64,000 bases of DNA from Hydrolagus colliei (taxonomy: Eukaryota). Of this stretch, positions 24,253-37,877 are shown piece after piece (within the stretch, counting starts at the first letter, position 1; each line of letters opens with the position of its first letter). Both the position numbers and the translations under genes were made by a program. The notes below the pieces were generated by a model. The model saw only the letters and a program-made list of their open reading frames with translations, had not been told where the DNA came from and searched no databases. The DNA is taken from positions 6,138,001 to 6,202,000 of the forward strand of contig CM068755.1 of NCBI GenBank assembly GCA_035084275.1, given 5' to 3'.

Positions 24253-27200
24253 GTACATGTTATTTTGGAATTTAATGTAAAATTCTCGCCTTGGGACGTC
24301 CTCCTGATGTGACAGGCGCCATACAGATGTAATTTTGTTGTTGTTGTTGCTGGCCTGTCACTGTGCAGTACAGCTGCACAGAGTGTGGACCTCTAGCCAG
24401 TGCTATTCCTACATCCGAATTAACAAGGTAGCTGCACACTATAGCCACTGCTGTTGCATGCGGACCCACCCGCTGTTTATACACCAGGACGAGGGCCACA
24501 CAATTGCTTGTCATTCACGAAGGGCAAAGATCGTTTTGCTGTGTAATCGTGTTCAAAACTGGCCTCAGAAACAAGGGGAATTTCCTCCATATTCATTATT
24601 TACTGAGTCTGAGGTTTGAGAAATGAGGAAATGTGTTTGTTTACATAAAATATAATAATCTTTACATTCATATCTGTCTTAGGTGTTGCCTTCCCTATTC
24701 TTTGCATGTATTTCACCTCCAGCTCCACTATCTCGGTTCTTCATCTGACCAGAATCACTTTGAGCCTGTCTATCTCTCCCGAGTTTGCCCTCTGTATTTG
24801 TCTTGTAATGACTGGTCTCTGCTGCTGGCTCTTTCAGAAGAACTAAGGTGTAAATCCAAATTGATCCTATCTAACACAGTTTTGGTGGAGGAGGAGAAAA
24901 AGGTTATGGACCTTTTACAGGCTTTGCATCAAAATCCCTTCCTCATTTACCTAGCTGTCCCTTGATGTTTGCCTACCAATCTGATACAGTACAGTGTTTG
25001 TAGGACTTGGAGATATAAGAGAATGAGGGAAGCATAACTAATGTGTCCTCTCTCACTGCATGATCATGCATATTGTAAGGTTTGGATCTGCAATCCAATC
25101 CTACTGAAGATCTTTGTGTTTCTCACAATACCTGCAATGCGATAATACTATATTACTACTCAGATCAGAAGGGTCTAATCTTATTTTTTAATATAAATAT
25201 AGCTGGATTTGCTGTTGCTTTTGTGAAATCAGTTATGCTTTGCCCCCATTTGAAATGAATGAATAAATTTTCAGTAATGCTATAAAGTGTGCTGTGAATA
25301 TTCTTTGTAATTGCAGCTTCGCATTTCAATTTAATTTAAACAGTGCTTTGGAGCTGAGCTTCACACCATGTCTGGCCTGTTGCTGATCAGCGTATTGAGC
25401 TTAATCCCCTATTCTGCCACACGCGTCTGTGGAAACTATTACAATCCTCAAGGCTGACAAATATGTATGTGTTCCTATTTGCATTCGGGTTCCAGAGCGA
25501 ATTGCGGGCAGCTGGAGCACATCTGGTTTATTCACCTTGGATACACTAAAATGTTTAAATCCAATCTGGCAAACACTTTGACTGCTTATTTCCTGAGCCA
25601 TTTTCTCCCCAGAAATCCACAGAATTTGGGTCTTTTGCGAAGTCCACATTTATCAGCTTGTTTTGAATTCACTCCAAGCTTATTAGCCACTTGATGTCTC
25701 TGGAAAGTGTTTTGAATACAATGGAGCAAGTGACCCCTGGATTTTGATCATCATTACTACTACTACACAGGATGTGCTTGTAAACAAACTGGATCCAGTC
25801 TCAGTCCCTGTGTATGTGTGGTACTGTGTGCACAGGAGCGAGAGTTTATTTTTGAATGAATGATGGTGTTGTGGGCAGCCCTGGCTGATGCTTTGTCAGC
25901 CAGGGAATCTGTCGTGGAATTTTTCGCACATATGTTGGAAAATGTGACACAGCTGTTTTGTGCTGAGCAGCTCCTATTCGATCTTTCATTGTGAACTTCA
26001 ACCTGGGAAATTCCTGCCTCTGACAGTGATCAGGGCTCGAGCTGCCAGATAATCAAAGCCCCCTAGCCAGAAATCACCCACCTAACAAGACTTGCCATAT
26101 ATTTTTGGTGCAAATCACCTGACATAGCCACATTCACCTACAAAATACACACACCCCTTGGAGAGCTGTGCGATGTCTCAAAAATGTGATAACAACAATT
26201 ACAACAAAATTATATTTGTATAGCGCCTTTCACATTGGGAGGACGTCCCAAGGCACTGGACAGTCAATGTTTTAAACCTGAGCTGGGATCGGGGAGGTTG
26301 GAGGGAAGGGAGCCTAAGGTGAGTGGTCGATGGCACCGTCGAAGAGGAGGATCTTGAGGTGGGATTTGAAGGGGGGTAAGGTGGCGGTATTGTAGGATGA
26401 AATTCCAGTGGTTGGGGATAGAGTGGCTGAAGGTTTGCCCGCTAATGGTGGAGCGTGTGGGTCGGGGGACAAGGAGTAGGCTGGAGCCCGCTGAGCGGAG
26501 AGAGCGGACAGGTTGGTAGAGCGTTAGAAGCCCATGGAGGGCTTTAAAGATGAGGATAAGGATCTTGAATCCTCTGAATGATGGGGAGCCAATGAAGTTG
26601 GGCGAAAAGTAGTGAGATGAGTAGATTCTATGAAGCACTTTGAGACGTCTACAAAATATGAAAAGCACTATATCAAATGCAAGGATTATTATTTTTATTA
26701 TTGGTGCGGGAGAGAATACGGGCTGCAGAGAATACGGGCTGCAGAGGTGATCTGCAGCCTATGGAGGGAGGAGTTGGGAAGGCCTACAAGCAGGCCGTTG
26801 GCATAATCGAGCCTGGACTTGATGAAGGCGTGAATACGAGTTTCAGTGGCCTGAGGTGTGAGATAGTGATGGAGACGGGCAATGGTGTGGTTAGGGCACT
26901 TTATCAAATGCTGGAATCATTATTGTATTATTATTGAGCGTGTAATCTTTTCAAACTATATTTATGGAACAGTGAGAAATATCCAAAGGTCCAGCTGTAG
27001 GTAGATGCTGTGTTGGATAGAGCACACAAGCTGGTTAATACAAGGATATAGTAGATTGTAAAGATCTATCATTAGTAATAGGAACTGAGTTGTTGCATTG
27101 CAATATCAAATGGTTGTGTTGGTGCAACATAAAAGCTCATCAATAACAATATCCTAAGTTAGCCCAGTGACTTCAGTCCCATTTCTTTCATGTTGCTTGG

Positions 27201-30200
27201 TGACTCAGGTTGATATTGTCCTTGTGTAACTTAATGCCAATCAGCTACAGTCTGCTGAATATTCACATATACACAGTCTACTAAACCTCTCCCATCTTCT
27301 ACCCCTCCCCACACACATATGCACATACTCTGCCAGCTGGCTGTTATCCACACTCTGATTTTCCTGTCAAATGTGTTGCACAATGCTTTGAGGAAGCGGA
27401 GCATTGAATCTTTTGAGATAAATAATGAGTGTTTGAGCAGAGCTGTAAACGTGCAGTGGAGTTAGAAATGGAGACATCGATGCCTCAGCCCACCTGTGTG
27501 GGTTTTGCAGCTAATTTTGGCTCTCACATTCTTCTGTTTTAATAGGAAATCACCTAAACTAATTAGCTATGGTGATAGAAGACATAGAAACCTCTTTACA
27601 TGTTGGTAGCATTCTTAACAGTGTAATTATGAAGCATCCAGTTCTCGTCTGCTATTTATTCAGAATTATGAGAGGCAGTGTATATGTTGTGAATTTGATT
27701 GTAGCCATTCACCTTGACACAATGGTTCCAGTTAGGGTTAGTGGTTGTGGGTGGGGGAGAAGTTAATGTTGGGGTTAAGTGGATTTAATGTTGGGTTTGG
27801 GGGTGAGGTGGGGGATTACTGCTGATGATAATCCATGTATTTGATACAGCACGTTTCATGATGGGAGGATGTCGCAGAATGCTTCATCTGTAAAATCTAG
27901 GGATTATTTTGGGGGTTAGGTAGGGGTGAGTTAAGAATAAGAATTTTGGCAAAAAAATTTGAAATCATAAAAACCCTCACGTATTGTTAGTTGGTATTGG
28001 ACACCTCGCGGCAAAGTACACGTCTGTCAAAGTAACCACTGCACTGCAATATCAGCAGCCTCATAGACCACGTCCGATATTATGGTGTGAAACTGATAGC
28101 AGCAAGAGCTGTGGGCACAGATAATGCGAGCGAATAGGCCAGCAGTTGCCACAGGAAACATCAGTGTGGGACTATACTGAGTGAAGGCAACTGCTGAGCA
28201 TGAGAGTTGAGCTGGAACAAAGTGGGTGAGACTGAAGAACGCGATCCATACTGACACACTCCCTCGGGGCCTAACTGGAAAGCTGATGGCAACATCTCGG
28301 GCTGAGGTTCTGCTGCCGATAGGCCAACCGGCAGAGCAAGAACCAAAGCTGCTGAGAGATTGTTTTTAACAAAAGGTGGATCTATCGTGACTGTTTTCTT
28401 GAGTGGCTATCTGGGAGCTGACGTGAATGCAATAGATTTGATTATTGGGTTTGAAACCGGTAAAATGTTTGGGATAAGTGGGGACCTGAAGCTGCTGTAG
28501 GCGCTCAGTTGCGGCTGTAACGGCTTTTTGGTAAATGGAAAATATTGACCATGTCTTTTGGAGGCAATATAAAAGATCCTCAACACTAGTCTCCTTCTAT
28601 TTCCCCCCTAACCATAATCCCCCCTCCCCTCCCCCCCCCCCCCCCCCCGTTTTATTGATTTACCCTCCAGTCGCATCAACTGCTGGTCTCTAAAACCAAC
28701 TTGTATTTATACTGGACCTTACATGCGAAAGAAATATCTCAAAACATTTAACAAAATGGTATTCATTGGAAATGAAGTGAATTATGTATTTTGTAATAAT
28801 AATAATAATCCCTACATTTGATATAGTGTCTCAAAGCACTTTCCAGAATACAATTTAAAGTATATTTTGTGGGCAATAGCGTCAGCCAATATGTGCACAG
28901 CAGTGTCTCACAAACAGTTATGGATTGAATGTCATTCAGGATCCTGGTCCTCACCTTTGAAGCCCTCCACGACCTCACCCCACTCTACTTCCTAAATCCC
29001 TACCAACCTGCCTTCTCCCTCCACTCAGCGGGCTCCAGGCTGCTCCGTGTCCCCCGCCACACCATAAGCTTTCAGCCACTCTGCCTCTAACCTCTGGAAT
29101 TCCATCCCAAATTCCCTCCACCTTGCTCCTCCCCAGCCTCCGAGTCCCGCTTCGAGAGCCTCATCTTCAATGGTCCCATTGGTCACCAATAATACCTTCC
29201 CCGATCCCAGCTCAGGTTGAAACATCGACTGTCCAGCACCTTGTGACATCCTCCCAACATGAAAGACGCTATACAAATGTAATGTTGTTGAATTGGAACT
29301 GGGGGTTTTCTCACTTGTGAGGCAAGCGCACTAAGCAACAGGATTCCACTCCTTATAGGGAAATGTAGCAGCCGATCGGTGCCATCAGCCTCCAACAAAC
29401 AATGAAGTTATTAGCTAAGTAATTAGAATATTTGGGGGGTGGATATTCATGAGGCAGGATTATTAGCCAGGCTCTGGGATAATCAACCTACTGTAAAGAC
29501 GCGACATTGGGAAAGCTAATTTAAAATATCCTATGGATTTAACTTCAACAGCAGACTTGTGTCTCCACTCCTACGGGTGGAGAAAGCAATGAAAGAATAG
29601 GTGGGGGTATGGTTGATGATGTACGGCAAAAAAGGGTCTGTTAGAACAAAATAGTTTACGGCGAGCAAAGTAATTGGAGTGCAAGCTCTGCGTGGCGCTC
29701 GATTCCTGTCCCGTTCGATGCCCTTCACGGTTTCAGTTGATTCTCACAATCTCGTCTTGCACAGTAGCAGCACTTGGTAAGTGGATGTTTTCCACTTGTT
29801 GGGAGCAGCTGGTTGCTGTGGCGATCGTTAGCAGCTTTCTGTTCCCAGATGTCAGGAATCTACTTGATGCTGGCTAACCTGTAGGAAGCCAAATCCAAAT
29901 TTTCCTCCCATCTTCCTTTTGCAATGCAGCGTGGGGTCAGCATTCAATACACATGAATTCTTCCCCCACCCCCTTCTCCCTCCCTCTCTTCTCCCCCACG
30001 CCCCCATGATGTTTATACAGTACTGAAACCAGGCCATTCAGCCCATCAGGTTTGCCCTTATCCTTTTTTGCACGTAGAAAAACACCTTATTAATCACACA
30101 CTTCTACCCTTTCCCCCCGTGCCCTTTAAGATTGCTTCTGTTGCGGAATCTATTTACTTCCCTTTTAAAAGAATTGATGGACTCTGCCAGCAATTTGTGG

Positions 30201-33200
30201 CCGCGAATTCCACATTCCAGACATCCTTTGTGAAGAGATTTTTTTTCTCTAACCCCATTCCCCCGTCCACCATGAAAAATCTATTACCATTTAAATCCTA
30301 TTTCACCCATGAAACTACAGTGATGTGAAATGTAATTAAATTCCGAGATAGTCTGCAGCTATTTTTGCTTTTGCTTCTGTTGGCCATCGCTGCGTTCCCT
30401 TGTGTAGTTTGGGGGATGTACACGGTGTTCTATGGTTGTTCCTCTCTGTGCCGATACAGGTGTGGGATCTCTCCTGCGAAAAGCCTCTTTGACTTCTAAG
30501 TGAAACAATAGAAGAAACACAGTGCCAGGAACCTAATATGGGAGGATTGACAATGTGGTACAATACAATGCAAGTTATGTGGAGCATGCTGGTTCCCGTA
30601 CAGATCAGGTGTTTGCTCACTTGAGATTTCACCAGCTCTTGAGGTGTATTGGTTATATTTTGAGGCTGATATGAGGTGCTTGGGTTTAGTCCGCTCTAAT
30701 TTCTCCCTGAGCTGTGGGCACAGGCAGAAACATTCAAATCCTTTAGTGTGTCTTCAGGGGGTAATTTGTGAAAAAAAACTGGAAGTGGTCCTCATCTTGG
30801 GATTGTCAGTGAACGCAAAGATATGGGGTGGATCAGTTCATTTGCAGGTTTGGCAGCGAGTGTAAAGACACGGAGTAGATTAGCTCCCGTGTTAAGATTT
30901 AAGGAAAACGTGTAGTGGAGTATTTTGTGAGTGGTGAAAAATTCTTAGAATTTGAGAAAATCACTTGAGTCCAACAGCTTGTGTACCACAGTTATTTTGT
31001 TAACTACACAGAGTAGAATATTTTGTGGAGAAGCTGAATAAGTTTAGAATTTGTTTTGAAGATGAGGATGAGAGTAACTGTTTGATTCAATGCAATTGAA
31101 GTTGTAGGCTCCAGGGAAGGATGGAGGAGAGAGTAGGACTAGTGGGCTGGGATGGCAAGTTCAGGGGGAGAGGTGGGTAAGGCAACAGACTGCCTAGATT
31201 TACTAGAGAGAACTGAGCAGAGCAGCCAAGTGGTGAGGAGGCGGGGTTGGGGGGTGGGGTGGAGGGGTGGGTGGAGAGAAGCTGAGATCAGTCTTCTGTG
31301 TCGTGTTGTAGGCTGAGCGAGCCATGCTGGGGTAGCAATGCAAGCTGTTTCTGATAAAAAGTTCCCGTGTAATCTGAGATGTTTTTCTGTCGAATGTTTG
31401 GAGTTTAAGGGGCCTGTGTATTCAGTCAAAAAAGGATGGAATGAGCTCAAGAATAACTGGTTGCAATTGGACCCGCGTCACAAAGTCTGAACTGAGTTAC
31501 CCGAGAAAGCTTGGTTTGACAGTACAGTTCAGTGGTCACGTCTTGCGGTTGACCCATTCACGTTGCACAATTATTGTGGCCTCTTGGTTAGTGTAACATA
31601 ACTGCATCGCTTGTCCGTTTTCCACCGGGCTCCGATTTAGAATTACAACAACTTGTACTTGCATATAGGATGAACGTCTCAACGTTTTTCACAAAGATTG
31701 TGGGGAGTAACGATGTTGACATAGAAATGCAAGGCATTCAGCCAGACTCCATTATAGTGCAGAGTTTGACGTTCATAAAATCAGACATGGTGTTTTATAA
31801 AAACAGGCACTTGTTAGTGTTCCGAGGTCATCAGGTTGTTGTTGGTGTCACTTCCAGCACTAAGAGCCGACTTACAAGCAGGAACCTGGGTAATCAGCAG
31901 GAACCGCTCTCGCGAGGGTTTCCAGGATGTGGCTGACATTGACTGAGGGTTTTGGTTACCAATGGTGAGAATGAAGTGAGGAATGAGCAGTAGACTAGAG
32001 TCCAAAGAGTGGAACCCTCAGGTGGAAAAATAGGTCTGGATGAGATTGCAAAGATAGGAATTAACATGAAGGTGAGCAGGTAATAGGAGAGTTCAGTCGG
32101 TTTAATTCAGTAAATGCTCTCAGGTAACTTCCCAGAGGGTGAATTTCTGAAGCATGATGAACATTGTAGGTGATTATGACTCTGGAGCAGTACTCAAAAT
32201 TGTGCAGGAAAGGAAAATGTGACCATGCTTAGAATATTTTGGACTGGAGTGGAATGCTCTTCACTCATAATCTAACTGTTTTACTCAACCTGCTAGAATT
32301 TAGTGTTAACCTTGCAAAAATATTCTAATTACACACACTGTATTCACATCCCTTACCTGATGTGTGCACAGTTCACTCCAAGTTAACGTTACAGTAATTC
32401 CACCCCACACGTTTTATATGATAATCTTGACTTTTATTCTGACTGAATACAAAATCACCTACGTAAACAGAATCTAATAGAAGTTGGCTACTCCAAATAT
32501 GTGTGTTGAGTTGTAAGTACTTTTGCGTAGTAATCAGTGACTCGAATCCCCACGTCTGTGTTTGTGATTCTGGGTGTGAACTCTAGCACAATTTCAAGTG
32601 TGTCGAGTGGACTCTGCAGGCAAGTCCTGTGGCACAAGAATCCATCCATCATGGGGGTTAGGGAATGGAATCTCAATTGGAAAAAATGATAGAATCTGAA
32701 ATGGCTTTTATGTAGTAAGGTGGGATTCTCGCAAGCAATATTGGAGATTCATCGTTGCCGAGGGAAGCCCTCACTCTCCCAGCAAGTCTCTGCTCTAATC
32801 CTTCAAAAGTGAAACATAGAACCAACCAGAGTGCCCAGTCCTGACTGTGGCTGGGACATCTCATGGGAAAGGTCAGTGTAGACCAGGAAGCACTTGTGGA
32901 CTTAACTTACAGCATTGTAAGCTCTTTAGGAGGCAATGAGAGTGGGGTGGGGGGGCTCTATTACAAAGTTCTGGTGACAGGCCACACTGTAGCTCTGAAA
33001 TCTGAAGCCACCATTGCCAAAATGAATAAGCTATCCAGACAGCAGCTAATGTGAAATGTCTTAACACTTTGTCGTCTGCAGCTATTGGTGTAATGTGCTC
33101 AGGCAAAATCCTGCGTCTTGCTTCTCAGCAGTATCCAGGCTGGGTTTTATTGCAATGTTTATACATTTGAACCAAAGCTGGTATTGATTAGCTGTTACAG

Positions 33201-35144
33201 GAATGGCTACCAGGCCGTTTTTAACTCCTTTTTGAGGCTGCTAGTGGGGGAGAGTGATATTTATTTTGCTGCTCTGGTAATAATACAGCCTGGTCAGCTC
33301 CTCGCGATGACCTCCCAACATGAAAAGCTCTATACAAATGTAATTTTACTGTTGTTGTGTTTGTTGGGTTCTTACATAGTTATACAGCAAAGCTGCTGGA
33401 TGCCAGTTAGTCCATGATTAAAGTACAGTATTTGTCTCACATTTGCTATTGGTCCTTATCACATCTTCGAGATGTCTCAAAGCTCTTCACAGAATAAATT
33501 ATGAAGTGAGTTGACTAGATTTTGTGAGCAAAGCGCGGCAGCCAGTTGCACACAGCAGTGCCCCACAAACAGTTCTGGATTGAAATGACGAATTTATTAT
33601 TATTTTTTTGAAGGAGCTATTGGAAGTTTTTTTGAAGGAACAATGGCTAGTTGAGCCAATTTCACATTAGCTGCTGTCTGGATAGCTTATTCATTTTGGC
33701 AATGGTGGCTTCAGATTTCAGAGCTACAGTGTGGCCTGGATAGTTGTATGTATGTGGCATAGGGAGCTGTACTGTGTATGTGTGTGGGTGTGCTCTGCAC
33801 AGAAGATTGCAGTGTACTTGTGCACATATATACAGTCAGTGTTTTGTGTAGAAAGTAGAGGTGCTATATTTCACTGCCTGGGGTAGGAGCTCAACAGGAG
33901 ATTACATGTCGTTGTTATTTTTATGAAAATTAACACCAGCACCTATAATCATTAAGGAATTTAACAAGCCATGTGTGTGCTTATTTTTAAATACACATTA
34001 ATCTATATTCAATTCTCTTGAGGGGGTTTGCAATTTTGTTAAAAAAAAAGGTGTATTAATGGCTCCTGTAAATGGGCCAGTGCTCTTGGCTGGCAACACA
34101 GGCTCATTGTTGTCTGTCACATAATGTTGCTATACCACCTTTCATCAGCCTGGAAAGTGAGGTAGGGAATGTTGGCTCGATACTGGATGCTTTGTGTTCT
34201 CCCACTCCATTACTCAAACTGCTTTTGCCAATAAAATGGGACTGCTCTAAGCACTGTGGACAATGGGATTGTGGTGAGATGCCAATGGTGTGTTCCGCCT
34301 GGATTGGGAGCTTGTGGTAAAACTTCAGGATATCATTTCTAAACAGGGAGACCCACGGACACAGTAGGCTACCTGTGGTTCATAACTGCCAGAAGAATAC
34401 TTCTGGTGTTCTACCCGCCGAGCTTGTAGAGGTAGATATACGGTATGGTGAGGATTTTATCACACGTTGTGTCTCGAAAGGGCTTTTACAGTAATTAATG
34501 TGAAGTGTGGTGATTTTTCTAAGCAAACATGACAGCCGTTTCTTGCAAACGGCAATCCAGAAATAGCCATATCATGAATGATCCAATGAATCTAGAGGAT
34601 TGGTGACCATGTACAGTAACAGGAGAAATTGCTTTCTCTTTTTAAATAGCGTCATGGAATCTTTAATATCCACTTGAGCAGACAGACAATACCTCATATT
34701 ATCTTCTCATCGAAATACAACTCCAGCCCTGCACTGGAGTGTGATTTTTTTTTTCTGTAAACTCTCAGGGGGTGGGTGACACTGGCATTGCCCATTCCTA
34801 GTTGACCCGAGAAGGTGATGATGGGCCTTCTTTTTAACAGATGTTTTGCATGGTTTGACCCAGCGACAGTAGAAGGAGCGATAAAAGCTAGCCAGGCCAG
34901 GATGGTGTGTGACTTGGAGGAAAAGTTAGAGGAAGTGGCAGGGTTCCAATGATGATGTGGTGGTGTCAAGACTGAATTTGAATACCCACCTTCCGAATCA
35001 ATGCTACTGACTGAGCTAAGTAAACAGCGTTCAAATCTGCGCTGACTGTGTTACTTTTCTAGACGGGTGTGGGTACACAGTCACGATTGTGTGGAGATGA
35101 TTGGAATATACAGTGTGTGTGTATATGTGTGTGTGTATATATAT

Positions 35145-35178
<34 letters not shown>

Positions 35179-37846
35179 AAGGAAAACAAGGGCATCTCCA
35201 GGGAAATGAGATAGTCGTGATCCTGACAGAAGAGGCATCAGGCTCACTTCCTCCAAGGGGACAGATTGGCAAGGCACAATTGACACTCGTGGTTTAATGA
35301 GGTGTACAGTCACATAACTATAGCTGTTAATCTCCTTCACTTTTTGTTACGCTTTCATTATTTCGTGCTTGTGGATGTTATGAAAATACCATAATAAACC
35401 CAAGGATTGTTACACAAGAGTTTGATCGGGGACAAAAACAGAAGTTGCTGGGAAAACTCATCAGATCAGGCAGCATCCATGGAGATGCTGGAAATCTGAA
35501 ACAGATTGCCAGCATCTGTAGTATTTTGTGTTTAGTTTGATCAGGGAGATCACCATGTGGTTGACTGGCTACATATGAAGCGCTGGTTAATTTCCCGGTA
35601 CTGTGTTTGCTTGGGACAGCCCAACTCTGCCTCACACAGTTCCATTCAAAAGGTGAAGAGGTCAGTCTCCCATCACCGGAGCTGCTGTCAGGCTTGTGTC
35701 CTTGAAACCAGCCCCTTTGGGGGTTTGTGGCAATTGGATCCGCCCAGGTGTCCTGTGTAACTGGAAGCTGTGGAATGCTGCTGTCAGATGTCAGTTAATC
35801 CCATCGTTTCCTGCCACCAACGCTGGAAACTTTTGGATGTCACTAAACTCTTCCTCTTAAAGTTCCGTTTCCTGTCTGGAACCAATTGAGCTTGTTTACG
35901 GACGCGTAATAGCTGGGGAATTCTATCCAACTGTTAAGTTAGTGTGAAAGACAAAAAAAATTGGAGTGCAGATAAGAGACTCGGGAGGAAGAGATAAAGA
36001 GCTCTTCACTGATCTGGAGAGACAGAGTTGTTAACTGGTGTGAACATTAATTATACCTCCAGATTGCTCCCTCTCAACACAGACCCAATTCTCAGAGCCA
36101 AACCAGGTGTCTGGAATGACCATCACACAATTCCATCTGACCTCGGCAACAAATTGCACTGTATTAAAGGGCTTACAAAATACTACCTTGTCATCAAATA
36201 TCTTCGGGACACTTTGCTGGATTTTACCCAAACTCAATATATTCAAGCTTGTCAAGTTAGGCTCTTAAGAATACTTGACTTGTTTCTGCGTCTGTGGGGT
36301 GGGGGGTGGGGGCTGGAGAGGGGGAGAGCTGTAGTCGGTTAGAATACCAACCTTTCATTTCTTGGACTTGAGCTCAGTCCAGCACTGAGGGATGTGCTGA
36401 AAGCTTCCTCTCACTACTGCTTGTAAAACAGAATTAGTTTGAGGAACCTCAGTGCCAACTGGAACCGTGACATCCACAGCGTAAACCTGCCCAGAGTTTG
36501 ACAGGGTCTCATAAGAACATAAGAAATAAGAGCAGGAGTAGGCCATTCAGTCCATTGAGCCTGCTCCGCCATTCAATCATGGCTGATATTTTACTCTAAC
36601 TCCAGCTACCTGCCTTATCCCCATAACCCTTAATCCCTTTATAAATGAATCTCGCAGGTAGATTGGGGCGCATCAGTTGCAGGAGGTGATGCCATCCAGA
36701 TGCAGTAGAGGATGTTTCATTTCTGATAAATTGTGGAGATGCAATTTTCAGCATAAAGATTAAGAACATATTCCTCCCCTCCAATTACCACCCTGCTCCT
36801 CTCTCCCCTTTCCCCCATGTTGTCACCCTTCCGTTGCCATGCTTTCCTCCTCTCCACACTCTGGCCACCACAGCCTGTTTTGAGGTACACTTACCACAGC
36901 ACAGACTGATTGAGGAAATCGTAAACATGCTTGAAGTACTATAAATGTAGGTAAAGTGTGCTCGTTCTCTTATAAAACAAATTTTCTCTCTCTTTTCTTT
37001 GAGCTGTTTTGGGATACCTCACCCACAACTCAGACCTCTGACTGATGGCTACGCCCCTTCTCCCGGGCGTCGTGCTTGGGATGATGCCTGGGCAGGAGAT
37101 CTGTGGTGAGGTTAGAGCTGTTGCTTCCTCGCACATCCGGACATTCTGTTTGCTTTGGCACGAGGAGCCAGGCAGTGCTGAGATTGCCAGCTGTAGTTCA
37201 GCCTGCACACCCAAGCCTACTCCCAGATAAAGGATGGAGGCATTGCGCTCATCCCTATTTTCAAGTATTAATTTGCAACCTGCTGTTTTATTGATGTAAT
37301 GCACTGTTGACTCCCCACCCCCCACCCCCGATTTAAAGGTCATTTTTATGAAAAGACCTGCTTCAGGATCAGTAAATAAAGTAATAATACCTCAGTGTTT
37401 TGAGATTTTTCAGTGTATTAAAGCGCTATAAAATACAAATCTTCAGGTAGCTGAGTTAAAGTCCGTTCTTGCTCCCACTTCCTTCTCACCCAATCTCTGC
37501 AAATCTTAACGGGGCCATGGGACCAGTTCTGATTACACCAAGATATTGTCTGGATGCAGATAAATTCTCACTTGTGATACAATCTCTGTAACGTTTTGCA
37601 TACATCTGTTGCCAGGTTTCATTTCTTTGCTCCGTCATGTGTCTGAGCTAATCTCTGAGGGACTTCCATTCATTAGAAGCTAAATTTTTCCTGGATTTTT
37701 AACTTTGCTAATCTCATATGTTCTTACATTTTCATGTCCTTAAAGCCTGGAAGAAGTGAAGGGACGTTAAATTGCATTCATACTGTGATCCGGGGACTGA
37801 ATCTCACCCCCAAATCTCATCTAATCCTTCAGTGGTGTATTGCCTG

Positions 37847-37877
<31 letters not shown>

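Noticed and set aside
36028-36342. 104-aa ORF faintly resembling a Penelope-type reverse transcriptase fragment (LPLNTDP)
   Set aside because: The similarity is too short to support by eye; it needs a tBLASTn or HMM search.
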